A stretch of 64,000 nt of DNA from a virus (lineage: Duplodnaviria > Heunggongvirae > Uroviricota > Caudoviricetes). Within the stretch, counting starts at the first letter, position 1, and every line of letters begins with the position of its first letter. The stretch is from IMG/VR virus record IMGVR_UViG_3300028833_002727; one strand, written 5' to 3'. Below, one piece after another: positions 50,112 through 58,631 of the stretch. A program made the position numbers and the translations under genes. The notes under the pieces were generated by a model. It was not told where the DNA came from. It searched no databases and was given only the letters and a program-made list of their open reading frames with translations.

Positions 50112-50804
50112 ATGGGTATGAGAACAAACAAAACAAAAGAAGATTTTATAGAAGCAGCAAAACATAGTTTTAGTATTGCTGGAATGTGTAGATTTCTTGG
50201 TTGGAAACCATCTGGAAGTTATAATGTGATTAAGAAATATATCCGCGAATACGATATTGATACATCACATTTTACAGGAAAGAAATGCGTTGGAAGAGTT
50301 GCATCTAACAAATTGAGTGCAATTGAGTATTCGAAAAGTTATTATTGTAAAAGTGCAACTTTACTGAAAAAACTTATTGAAGAAGGTTTGAAAGAACACA
50401 AATGTGAAAAATGTGGTAGAACAGAGTGGGAAGGTGATAAAATACCACTAGAACTACATCATATTGATGGAAATCATTATAATAATGTTTTTGATAACCT
50501 AATCGCGTTATGTCCAAATTGTCATGCACAAACAAATGGATATAAGGGGAGGAAAAAAAGATTTTGTTCTGAGTGTGGAAAAGAGATAACAAGATATAGT
50601 AAAACAGGGCTATGTAATGTATGTAATCATACAATAAATCAACGAAAAGTTGATTGGCCTACAAAAGAAGAATTAGAATTGTTACTGGAAACAAATAGTA
50701 TGGAAGCAATAGGAAGGCTTTACAGTGTTTCTGGCACAACAGTTAAAAAATGGAAAAACAAATATAATATAAAAATGAATAAGCGTAACAAGAATATTAA
50801 GTAG
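50112..50804 (+). CDS. HNH homing endonuclease with a C-terminal HTH-like module
   Basis: HKCEKCGRTEWEG...LELHHIDGNHYNN...LCPNCHAQT. Conserved leader AGAAGTATTTATTATATATAAAA upstream. Confidence 0.8.
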   Translation: MGMRTNKTKEDFIEAAKHSFSIAGMCRFLGWKPSGSYNVIKKYIREYDIDTSHFTGKKCVGRVASNKLSAIEYSKSYYCKSATLLKKLIEEGLKEHKCEKCGRTEWEGDKIPLELHHIDGNHYNNVFDNLIALCPNCHAQTNGYKGRKKRFCSECGKEITRYSKTGLCNVCNHTINQRKVDWPTKEELELLLETNSMEAIGRLYSVSGTTVKKWKNKYNIKMNKRNKNIK

Positions 50805-50916
50805 TAATGGTGTAAATCTTAATGATTGCACCAATTAAGGCCTGCAAGCATTAAGGTGATGCACGAAACTCTTAATTTCGGGAAGAGGGGTCAGTACCCT
50901 CGCGGGCCACACATAT

Positions 50917-51095
50917 TGCGGGGTAGAGCAGAGGCAGCTCGTCAGGCTCATATAATGTGATAAGCATTAACAATCTTATCGAGACTATTGTTTAAAGTTC
51001 CGTATTATAATCGGACTGGAAATCAGCTGTAAGTGGGTTCGAAACCCATCAATAGTCCAACCTGAAGGTCGGTGGTTCGAGTCCACCCCCCGCAA
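50917..51095 (+). tRNA. tRNA(CAU) (Met or Ile2) carrying a ~107-nt insertion/intron in the anticodon loop (50954-51060)
   Basis: TGCGGGG/CCCCGCA acceptor. GAGC-AGAGGCA-GCTC D-arm. TCAGG-CTCATAA-[107 nt]-CCTGA. AGGTC. GGTGG-TTCGAGT-CCACC. The insertion carries its own hairpins. Confidence 0.5.
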
Positions 51096-51251
51096 CACTT
51101 TTGATGGTTTGAATTAGGAAATCACACGCAGAGCGCGAGGTGTCATGGAGCGCACTCTACCGTTCGAGATGGAGTACACGGCGTTTTTTCACGGAAAGTA
51201 TCCAATCCTAGGATTTTTGTTTACTGGAAGTGGTTGTACGGAACAACATTT

Positions 51252-51351
51252 GCCGAGATAGTGCAGTGGTTAGCATGTCGAATCAATACTGACGTGAAAA
51301 CGTTATAGGGGTTGCTCTTCGAAGACTGAGGTTCGATTCCTTGTTTTGGCT
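51252..51351 (+). ncRNA. tRNA-like element C (100 nt), same T-arm as element A
   Basis: GCCGAGA/TTTTGGC with two G-U pairs. GTGC-AGTGGTTA-GCAT. A 5-7 bp stem with the 9-nt loop AATCAATAC. A 31-nt variable region. TGAGG-TTCGATT-CCTTG. Confidence 0.35.
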
Positions 51352-51583
51352 CAAAAAAAAATGAAAAAAAAGTTGATAAATGTTCACTTTTTAAAATAAT
51401 AAGGTATATTTATTATAGAAACAAAACAAAAAACATGGGAAGTAATTAAAATATGAAGTTGTATCTTGGACATATGGTGTATGGGTTTGGCTACCGTTTT
51501 GGTTGGCTAGGTGACTCTGTGTGTTCATAGGTAGAGGTTTTTTGAAACATGTTTGAAAACTATATATAAAGCCATGAGGCAAA

Positions 51584-51625
51584 ACCTTGAAAGATGAACA
51601 CAACCAAATCTTCCAAGGTTTTTTC
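51584..51625 (+). terminator. Putative rho-independent terminator
   Basis: ACCTTG...CAAGGT stem then TTTTTT. Confidence 0.4.
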
Positions 51626-51757
51626 ATTATATAGGAGTGTAGTACAATGGCTAGTATGGCGGTGTAATGTAATAAAAATCGAACTAAATCATATTTTTTT
51701 GGATAAAAATTATACTTTTTTTCGAACTAAGAAGTATTTATATAAAAACAAAAAAAT

Positions 51758-52696
51758 ATGGAAGAAAACGATTTTATTGAAAAACTACGTAAAAATGGAG
51801 ATAAATGCCGCAATATGTACGAATTATGCCTTAAACTTGGGATTACTAGTATTGGTGGTGAGACATATCGTGAAATTAGAAGTATTGCTGAAGAAAATAA
51901 TATTACTTTAGTTTTTAATGGTTTATCAAAAAAGATAACACAAAAAAATCAAGAAAAAAAACTTGAAGAATTATTGTGTGATGATAGTGTTATAACTAGT
52001 AATAAGTTGAAAATGAAAATAATTGAGAATGGGTTAAAGCCATATAGATGTGAATGCTGTGGAAATACTGAATGGAACGGAAAACCAATACCGCTTGAAT
52101 TACACCACATTAATGGAAAACATAATGACAATCGTATAGAAAACCTTCAATTACTATGTCCAAATTGTCATGCACAAACAGATAACTATTGTGGAAAAAA
52201 TACTGGTAATAAAAAGAAATTAAGAAAGATAGTAAAGGTTAACAAAACAACTGGTAATTTATCTTATGTTAATAAACAATATTTGATTAATCTATTATAT
52301 TTACATCCAATTAAAGAGGTTGCAAAACAGTTGGAAATTAATGAGTATCGTTTAAAATATTGGTTAAAGAAATTAGAAATACATGTATCAAATAAGTGGA
52401 GGGAAGATTTACATAAAAATAACCCTGAAATATTTGGAATATGTGAATATTGTGGAAAACGATTTATAAAAAAAACATTAGAACAAAAATTTTGTAATCA
52501 AGAATGTAGTAAATTGTCAACTAGAAAAATAGAGATAACAAAGGAAAAACTGATACATAGTTTAAAAGAAAACAAAAGTTTTGTACAAACAGGAAAGATG
52601 TTTGGTGTAAGTGATAAATGTGTTATTAAATGGTGTGCAAGATTTGGTATACCAAATAGAAAAAAGGAAATGATAGAATACATTAAACGTATATAA
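51758..52696 (+). CDS. HNH homing endonuclease with a C-terminal HTH-like module
   Basis: YRCECCGNTEWNG...LELHHINGKHNDN...LCPNCHAQT. Leader AAGAAGTATTTATATAAAAAC. tRNA-Trp follows 5 nt after the stop. Confidence 0.8.
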   Translation: MEENDFIEKLRKNGDKCRNMYELCLKLGITSIGGETYREIRSIAEENNITLVFNGLSKKITQKNQEKKLEELLCDDSVITSNKLKMKIIENGLKPYRCECCGNTEWNGKPIPLELHHINGKHNDNRIENLQLLCPNCHAQTDNYCGKNTGNKKKLRKIVKVNKTTGNLSYVNKQYLINLLYLHPIKEVAKQLEINEYRLKYWLKKLEIHVSNKWREDLHKNNPEIFGICEYCGKRFIKKTLEQKFCNQECSKLSTRKIEITKEKLIHSLKENKSFVQTGKMFGVSDKCVIKWCARFGIPNRKKEMIEYIKRI

Positions 52697-52700
52697 ACAC

Positions 52701-52772
52701 AGGAGTGTGGTGTAATGGCAAACATAAACGGCTCCAACCCGTTAGATGTGGGTTCGATTCCTGCCACTCCTG
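52701..52772 (+). tRNA. tRNA-Trp(CCA)
   Basis: AGGAGTG/CACTCCT. AACGG-CTCCAAC-CCGTT. GTGGG-TTCGATT-CCTGC. Confidence 0.8.
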
Positions 52773-52797
52773 CAAAAAAATTAAAAAAAAGTGCAAA

Positions 52798-52835
52798 AAT
52801 ATTTGGTTATTTGAAAAAAAAGCAGTATCTTTGCA
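52798..52835 (+). promoter_or_regulatory. Promoter repeat copy 4. It is near-identical to copy 1, including ~40 nt of downstream leader.
   Basis: TTTG at 52802-52805 and TAtcTTTG at 52826-52833. Shared ...GCACCAGAAATTGAA...AGATCAGTGATA. Confidence 0.6.
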
Positions 52836-52978
52836 CCAGAAATTGAAAACAAGCGAACATTGAAATAAGATCAGTGATAAAAATAGTTAGTAACTAAGAC
52901 TTGGGTTAAACTCCCATGTTGGCGGTGACTGCATCGAGATAGTGTGAAAATGATAGCACGAGTTATTAACTATAAAAT

Positions 52979-53051
52979 GGTGCAGTAGCTCAGTTGGTAG
53001 AGCAGCAGACTGAAGATCTGCGTGTCGGCGGTTCGATTCCGTCCTGCACCA
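52979..53051 (+). tRNA. tRNA-Phe(GAA)
   Basis: GGTGCAG/CTGCACC. GCAGA-CTGAAGA-TCTGC. GGCGG-TTCGATT-CCGTC. Confidence 0.85.
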
Positions 53052-53172
53052 CAAAAATACCGAGGCGTTGGTGGGCGTTACACAAGTTAAACCAATTTAG
53101 CGGGTCTCTGTGTAATACTGGATATTCTGGATAATATAGGCCGATTCAGGAATATGTGTAGGTATTTTTTAA

Positions 53173-53254
53173 TGGGAGTGTTCCTAATGCGGTAGTTAGG
53201 ACCAGACTGTAAATCTGGCGCTTCGGCTTCGGGGGTTCGAATCCCTCCACTCCC
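53173..53254 (+). tRNA. tRNA-Tyr(GUA)
   Basis: GGGAGTG/CACTCCC. CCAGA-CTGTAAA-TCTGG. Long variable arm. GGGGG-TTCGAAT-CCCTC. Confidence 0.8.
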
Positions 53255-53460
53255 ACAAAAATCCAAGATACTTACTGCAATAAGGTGAGGTGGCGTTTTA
53301 CTGACATTTGCAGATGGAGGTAATTCGTAAAGATGAATTTGGTGTATGGCGGCACATTGGGTGGCTAAACCCAAAGGAGAGCAACAGCGACGGTTGTTGT
53401 ACGTCAATTGACGCCTAATGGTTGCGTGTCAATTGGTAGGTTCGATTCCTCATTTTCAAC

Positions 53461-53631
53461 AAAAGACTGTGTAGGTAGGGGTTTGTAGCGCTAACTGCAA
53501 ATCAACCGCCGACAATGGCACAGAAAGAAAGCACATGGATGCGGTATTGGGGCATAACGTCCCCTTTATCTCAACCACCTTTAGCGGGGTAAAGTGTGTT
53601 AGTATGGAATGTTGGTTCAATTCCAACCACA
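53461..53631 (+). tRNA. tRNA-like with a ~97-nt insertion in the anticodon loop. Candidate anticodon GCA (Cys). D-arm unresolved.
   Basis: Perfect acceptor GACTGTG/CACAGTC. GCTAA-CTGCAAA-[~97 nt]-TTAGT. GTTGG-TTCAATT-CCAAC. Confidence 0.35.
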
Positions 53632-53841
53632 GTCTCCCATAGTTTGGTAGTATCTTATACGCGTTAAAAAACTACCCGGTGATGTATTATCCCACAGCCG
53701 AATTATTAAGTTGCCACTTAATAAAATTGTTGGGAAAAAGATGGTTGTAAGCCCCGGCAAGGGTGAGGCACCTGGCGTTTCGAGATAGAAATGGAGATAT
53801 TTTTGCCGATTTATCGAAGTGAAGAAATCCGATTCGTAAAG

Positions 53842-53923
53842 AATGTAGTGGCGGAACTGGTAGACGCGGGGCCATGAGACGGCCCTGTCGAAAGACGTGC
53901 AGGTTCGAATCCTGTCTATGTGC
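53842..53923 (+). tRNA. tRNA-Leu(GAG), type II
   Basis: TG-GCG-GAACTGGTAGA-CGC-G-GGGCC-ATGAGAC-GGCCC. Variable arm GTC-GAAA-GAC. GCAGG-TTCGAAT-CCTGT. The acceptor has one mismatch. Confidence 0.55.
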
Positions 53924-53938
53924 TAAATTTATTAAAAA

Positions 53939-54163
53939 ATGGAAGTAGTTAAAATTGGTAATCCAAACATACGCGTGTGCGATTGTTGTCATACTGAATT
54001 AAAATATGATAAGTATGATTTGCAATGGACACACACAGAAGAAGATTATTACTATATCAAATGTCCTATTTGCGGTGCTATCGTATGGATACCTGGTGAT
54101 GAGAGGCATCATCAAATGTTCAAAGAAGCCTGGGATGAACGTAGGGCAAAAGAGAATAAGTAA
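53939..54163 (+). CDS. Small zinc-ribbon protein
   Basis: CDCCH...CPICG motifs. Confidence 0.4.
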   Translation: MEVVKIGNPNIRVCDCCHTELKYDKYDLQWTHTEEDYYYIKCPICGAIVWIPGDERHHQMFKEAWDERRAKENK

Positions 54164-54169
54164 TTATTT

Positions 54170-54245
54170 GCAGGAATAGCTCAGTTGGTATTAGAGCGCT
54201 GCCTTGCCAAGGCAGAGGTCGCGAGTTCGAATCTCGTTTCCTGCT
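54170..54245 (+). tRNA. tRNA-Gly(GCC)
   Basis: GCAGGAA/TTCCTGC. CTGCC-TTGCCAA-GGCAG. GCGAG-TTCGAAT-CTCGT. Confidence 0.85.
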
Positions 54246-54564
54246 CAAAGAAACAGTTCAGGCAACGAATTGAATGGGGTGTGTAAAGGATATACGTACA
54301 AGAGTTCTTTTTGAAAGAAGTCCTTTATACTATGAAACTCGATTGAAGGCAAGAGATATGAGGATATGGCCATTCATTACGTTTCGGTGAATTTTTGGGG
54401 TTTCCCATTCGTAGGTATGACGAACCTATTCCGTGAGGGGCCGTAAGGTACAACGCAACATGACAGGTATAAGGAAATCGTATGTTAAAACGATGAACGT
54501 GTAAGGTGCCTCCGATAAGCGCTTAGTCAAGTCCGTAGTTCGCAAATTGACTGTTTCTGTTTTT

Positions 54565-54650
54565 GCAGGTGTCGCCTAGTGGACGATGGCGCCGGATTTC
54601 CAATCCGGAGTGGCGAAAGCCCCACGAGAGTTCGAATCTCTTCACCTGCT
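54565..54650 (+). tRNA. tRNA with anticodon UCC (Gly codons) on a type-II body (3-bp D-stem, 17-nt variable arm)
   Basis: GCAGGTG/CACCTGC. GCC-TAGTGGACGAT-GGC. CCGGA-TTTCCAA-TCCGG. GAGAG-TTCGAAT-CTCTT. Confidence 0.5.
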
Positions 54651-54669
54651 CATAAAATTTAAAAATAAC

Positions 54670-55002
54670 ATGGAATATACGTACAAAGGAAAAGAGGATA
54701 GAGCAACTGCTGAAAAATTGAAACAAGGTGAAACTTGTTGGGTATTAGGCATTGGTAATTCAATGACTCCAGTACTAAAAAACAAACAAGCGGTAATTTG
54801 TGCCCCAGTTACAGAGGAAACTGTGTTGAAAAAGAAAGATATTGTGCTTGCCAAAGCAAGAGGACATTATTACTTACATTTCATACATGGTATCAAGGGA
54901 AATGGTGAAGAATTCCTGATCGGTAACAATCATGGGCATATGAATGGATGGGTAAGTAGAAATTGCGTATTCGGAAAAGTAGTAGAAATACTACCTGAAT
55001 AA
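54670..55002 (+). CDS. S24 (LexA/UmuD-like) peptidase domain protein
   Basis: VLGIGNSMTPVLKN (Ser in GNSM) and DIVLAKARG (Lys). Confidence 0.45.
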   Translation: MEYTYKGKEDRATAEKLKQGETCWVLGIGNSMTPVLKNKQAVICAPVTEETVLKKKDIVLAKARGHYYLHFIHGIKGNGEEFLIGNNHGHMNGWVSRNCVFGKVVEILPE

Positions 55003-55007
55003 TAAAT

Positions 55008-55089
55008 GCGTCTGTGGCGGAATGGGTAGACGCGCCAGACCTAGGATCTGGTCCCGCAAGGGGTGTGGGTTCGAGTCCCACCAGACGCA
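55008..55089 (+). tRNA. tRNA-Leu(UAG), type II, unusual C at position 33
   Basis: GCGTCTG/CAGACGC. GCG-GAATGGGTAGA-CGC. CCAGA-CCTAGGA-TCTGG. Variable arm CCC-GCAA-GGG. GTGGG-TTCGAGT-CCCAC. A73. Confidence 0.6.
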
Positions 55090-55268
55090 CAACAATCAAG
55101 GGGGCGATGTAGTTCGTTATTATCGAGAACAAGCATGAACAGTGAAGCCTTGACGTAAAGTACCACATATAGAGTATAGGTGAAAACGAGTAACTGATTA
55201 ACTTATGTAGGAGTACACAGAGATGTGAAGAAGGTAACTAGGTGGAGCACGTAAGATTCCACCCCTGT

Positions 55269-55345
55269 GGCGAGATAGCTCAACGGGCTAGAGCGCGGCA
55301 CTCATAATGCCGAGGTTATGGGTTCGAGTCCCGTTCTCGCTACCA
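55269..55345 (+). tRNA. tRNA-Met(CAU) with encoded CCA
   Basis: GGCGAGA/TCTCGCT. CGGCA-CTCATAA-TGCCG. ATGGG-TTCGAGT-CCCGT. A-CCA. Confidence 0.8.
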
Positions 55346-55366
55346 AAAATTTTATGTATATTTATT

Positions 55367-55501
55367 ATGGATAATCCATGTATAAATTGTTCTGAAATCT
55401 ATAGAAAACGTCCAAGATGCAAAAGGTTGAAATGTCCTATGTATTTTGAACATTTGAAAGAAGATGAGGAATTTAAAAAATACGTCGAAGGGCATCCTTA
55501 A
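55367..55501 (+). CDS. Small Cys-rich protein (44 aa)
   Basis: MDNPCINCSEIYRKRPRCKRLKCP. The start is placed after the tRNA. Confidence 0.3.
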   Translation: MDNPCINCSEIYRKRPRCKRLKCPMYFEHLKEDEEFKKYVEGHP

Positions 55502-55784
55502 TTATTGGAATTATAGTCGAATTGCGCACCGACTCTAAATATAGATGTGCTCCAGATATTGCGTGGCATTGCTGGAAGGTTATTGCGAATAGTCTTAACC
55601 TAACGCCTGAACAGATTGGACTAAAACCGCGTCAAATAAAACGAGAGGATAGCACCTTGTTTGGAAACGAAAAGACACGCCACTCGCAGGGATGGCCTCC
55701 TGTAAAATGATTGTTTAGAAATTGGTTGTTGCCGCCGTCCTAAAGTTTCAGAAAGTAAGGAAACTATGGAAAATGGTAACATAC

Positions 55785-55858
55785 GGGTCTGTCGTCTAGT
55801 GGTTTAGGACATCTCCCTTACAAGGAGAAGATCGCTGGTTCGACTCCAGCCAGACCCA
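55785..55858 (+). tRNA. tRNA-Val(UAC)
   Basis: GGGTCTG/CAGACCC. TCTCC-CTTACAA-GGAGA. GCTGG-TTCGACT-CCAGC. Confidence 0.85.
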
Positions 55859-56081
55859 CTCGCGAATTGGTGTAATAAACATAGGAACCTATCGGAAAAT
55901 TGTTGTATGAAAAACGACAACATGGTCCAAGGTGAAGATAACGCTGGTGCACACGTTATTGGATCTGATGGTTGATAGAGTGTACGTACACAGCACAGCC
56001 TCGTACATTGCGGGAAGATTACGTGGAAGTCGTAGTTCGCAACCAACAAAACAAAAAAAGTTGAGAAATCAATTTAATTTT

Positions 56082-56155
56082 GCCCCGTTAGCTCAGCTGA
56101 ATAGAGCGTCCGGCTACGAACCGGAAGGTCGCAGGTTTGAGTCCTGCACGGGGTA
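56082..56155 (+). tRNA. tRNA-Arg(ACG)
   Basis: GCCCCGT/ACGGGGT. TCCGG-CTACGAA-CCGGA. GCAGG-TTTGAGT-CCTGC. Confidence 0.85.
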
Positions 56156-56372
56156 CAAATAATTACGCAATCCATCGCGCCCATTCGATAGAAGTAAGTG
56201 GTGAGGAAGTTCAGGACACTCATTTGGGAGTGAAAGTCTAAGTATAGGTGGTTACCCAAATTATTGCCTCCAGGGTAAGACGAATAGTTAAATGATGGAT
56301 ATAGGTACAGAATCCTGGCTATTACGTAATTATTTTATTACAACAATAATAATAAACAAAAAAACAAAAGAC

Positions 56373-56699
56373 ATGAAGAAATTTTTTAATTTACTATTAG
56401 TGATGTTTTTTGTAGTTGGTTTGACATCATGTGCATCTACTAGTAGAATAAGCAACAAATGGGTTAGTGATTCTAGAGTAGAAATTGTAAATGAGCAAAC
56501 TGTGATTTTTAGGGATGTGGTTAAAATTGAGATATTTTCAAACAACCCAACACAAATTACTTATGTGTATGATTTGGATCATAGTACAAACGTGAAAGTT
56601 GCAAGAGGCTCATTCAATGTTGAATTAAAACGTGGTGATTATTTAATTCAATCAAACCGTAAAATCACAAAAACATTGTACGATGTTATTATAGAGTAA
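56373..56699 (+). CDS. Lipoprotein (Bacteroidetes-type lipobox)
   Basis: MKKFFNLLLVMFFVVGLTSC signal peptide with the L-T-S-C lipobox. Confidence 0.55.
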   Translation: MKKFFNLLLVMFFVVGLTSCASTSRISNKWVSDSRVEIVNEQTVIFRDVVKIEIFSNNPTQITYVYDLDHSTNVKVARGSFNVELKRGDYLIQSNRKITKTLYDVIIE

Positions 56700-56707
56700 T
56701 AACATTC

Positions 56708-56778
56708 AACATAATAGCTCAATGGTATAGAGCAATTTCGTATGAAATGATTGCGGGTTCGAATCCCGCCTTATGTTC
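56708..56778 (+). pseudogene. tRNA-like with an aberrant anticodon arm (4-nt loop)
   Basis: AACATAA/TTATGTT acceptor. GCTC-AATGGTATA-GAGC. GCGGG-TTCGAAT-CCCGC. No canonical anticodon loop. Confidence 0.35.
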
Positions 56779-56791
56779 AATATTATTAAAC

Positions 56792-56865
56792 GCCGCTATC
56801 GTCTAAGTGGTTTAGGACTTTACCCTCTCAAGGTAAGAATGGGGGTTCGAGGCCCCCTGGCGGTA
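56792..56865 (+). tRNA. tRNA-Glu(CUC)
   Basis: GCCGCTA/TGGCGGT with G-U pairs. TTACC-CTCTCAA-GGTAA. GGGGG-TTCGAGG-CCCCC. Confidence 0.7.
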
Positions 56866-57022
56866 CTAACATTTAAATTATAACAATATGGTAAATGTTG
56901 AAAAATTGTATGCAATTGCAAAGCCAAGAGACGAAAAGGCACACAGAAAATTTATGTTGAGGTACAAATATAGATTTTTTATACATATTTGGCAAGATTT
57001 GCAATTGTTTTGGTACAAACTT

Positions 57023-57094
57023 GCAGGTATAGCACAACGGCTAGTGCACTAGTTTCCCATACTGGGGATGCCAGTTCGATTCTGGTTACTTGCT
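57023..57094 (+). tRNA. tRNA-Gly(CCC)
   Basis: GCAGGTA/TACTTGC. CTAGT-TTCCCAT-ACTGG. GCCAG-TTCGATT-CTGGT. Confidence 0.65.
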
Positions 57095-57209
57095 CAACGT
57101 TGCAGGTTCTTATTGGAATGAAAGTGTGGAAAATCCACTGCTAATAAGATGAAATAAACTTGAATACGAGACTGCAAATGACTCAGACAATGCGGCTGAG
57201 TCACAAAAT

Positions 57210-57291
57210 GCACGAGTGGTGGAATTGGTAGACACGCTAGACCAAGGATCTAGTCCCTTCGGGGGTGTGGGTTCGAGTCCCACCTCGTGTA
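57210..57291 (+). tRNA. tRNA-Leu(AAG), type II, C at position 33
   Basis: GCACGAG/CTCGTGT. GTG-GAATTGGTAGA-CAC. CTAGA-CCAAGGA-TCTAG. Long variable arm. GTGGG-TTCGAGT-CCCAC. A73. Confidence 0.55.
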
Positions 57292-57312
57292 CAAACAAAG
57301 TTTAGATGGATT

Positions 57313-57543
57313 ATGAAGAATATTGAACGAGACATTGAAGAGTTGACATGGGCTATCAAAACGTTCCAGAAATGCGTTCCAGAACAGTATAGGAGTCCAA
57401 TTAACGTACTTATTGGTAAATATTATTCAAAGCATCCATCTGATGAAATAATAACGAAAATTGTTTCTATTATTGATAAGTGTGACAAGAAAAAATACGA
57501 TACCATTGAGAAACAAGTAAAATATGTGATTGGGGAATTATAA
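57313..57543 (+). CDS. Hypothetical protein
   Basis: ORF MKNIERDIEEL... The start is placed after the tRNA. Confidence 0.35.
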   Translation: MKNIERDIEELTWAIKTFQKCVPEQYRSPINVLIGKYYSKHPSDEIITKIVSIIDKCDKKKYDTIEKQVKYVIGEL

Positions 57544-57749
57544 TGAGTGTAGAGGAAGCACAAGAGAACTGTAAAAGTGGGTGGAAATTAAATAATAACG
57601 AGAAAGTGGTTAATGCTATTATCAACCGCATTAACAAATGTGATGGGAATTGTCCATGCTTGAATGATAGCGTCGATAAACATTGTCCATGTTCAAACTA
57701 CAGAGAGAAAGATTATTGCTGCTGTGGTTTGTATGTAAAAAAAGATTGA
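57543..57749 (+). CDS. Small Cys-rich protein
   Basis: CDGNCPCLNDSVDKHCPCSNYREKDYCCC. Confidence 0.35.
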   Translation: MSVEEAQENCKSGWKLNNNEKVVNAIINRINKCDGNCPCLNDSVDKHCPCSNYREKDYCCCGLYVKKD

Positions 57750-57931
57750 TATTCAAATAAAAACACGAATTAACGTGGTTCGTATCTGGCGAAGACTGAT
57801 AGACCGTAGGTTGCAAATGAAAGTCATCCTCCCTATGGCTGGTTTGAGATAACATCAATAAGAACATATCCCGGATAACTACCCTCTGAGTAAGGCAGCA
57901 ATAAGGGCAGAGGGATTTGAATATTTTTTAT

Positions 57932-58013
57932 GCCTCTGTGCTGGAATTGGTAGACAGGCCTGACTCAAAATCAGGTGCCGAAAGGCGTGTGGGTTCGAGT
58001 CCCACCAGAGGTA
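57932..58013 (+). tRNA. tRNA-Leu(CAA), type II
   Basis: GCCTCTG/CAGAGGT. CTG-GAATTGGTAGA-CAG. CCTGA-CTCAAAA-TCAGG. Variable arm GCC-GAAA-GGC. A73. Confidence 0.8.
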
Positions 58014-58194
58014 CACACCGAATATGTGTAGGTGTATTGTAACGTTACTAGCCCACAGTCGAGAGTCCTGGGCAATATAAAATGGACTACCAAGCCGTCT
58101 TGAGGAACTATAGGCGGAAGTTGTTTGACTTAAAAACAGGCTAAAGTTAGGTGTTTTATAAAGATTAAACACTATTCAGGTGAAATTTCTGTTG

Positions 58195-58266
58195 GGCCTG
58201 GTAGCGCAGTGGTAGCGCGTCCCCATGGTAAGGGGAAGGTCGTGGGTTCGAGTCCCACCTGGGATG
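58195..58266 (+). tRNA. tRNA-Thr(GGU)
   Basis: GGCCTGG/CTGGGAT (one mismatch). GCGC-AGTGGTA-GCGC. TCCCC-ATGGTAA-GGGGA. GTGGG-TTCGAGT-CCCAC. Confidence 0.55.
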
Positions 58267-58284
58267 CTAAAATTTAAGAAACAT

Positions 58285-58620
58285 ATGAGAAGTAAAGAAG
58301 AAATGATAGATTTGTACGAATCTATGTATGCTGATAATATGTTATGGTTTGTCCTTGGTGGTTTAGTTTCGTCTGATACGTTTGCGCCATACATGTATGA
58401 TAATAATAAAGAATTATTTAGTACATATAGAGAAAACATTCATCAATTAGAAAATTTAATAATTTATTTACCAGAAAGTAATATTCCAAACAAAGAAAAG
58501 AAAAAAGCAATAAAACTTGCTAAACGTGGGATAAAAATTTTGAAAAATGAACACAACAATATAATAGATATTAAAGAAAAACGTGGTGAATTTTTACATG
58601 GTGAATTTGAGAAAATTTAA
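58285..58620 (+). CDS. Hypothetical protein
   Basis: ORF. The start is placed after the tRNA. Confidence 0.4.
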   Translation: MRSKEEMIDLYESMYADNMLWFVLGGLVSSDTFAPYMYDNNKELFSTYRENIHQLENLIIYLPESNIPNKEKKKAIKLAKRGIKILKNEHNNIIDIKEKRGEFLHGEFEKI

Positions 58621-58631
58621 ACACAGATAAA

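Noticed and set aside
51594-51911. 105-aa ORF overlapping the start region of the HNH gene at 51758
   Set aside because: It is low-complexity and out of frame with the conserved-leader-driven HNH gene. It is likely spurious.
55522-55710. 62-aa ORF in the GC-rich spacer before tRNA-Val
   Set aside because: It has no ribosome-binding site and odd composition, and the region looks like structured RNA. It is not annotated as a CDS.
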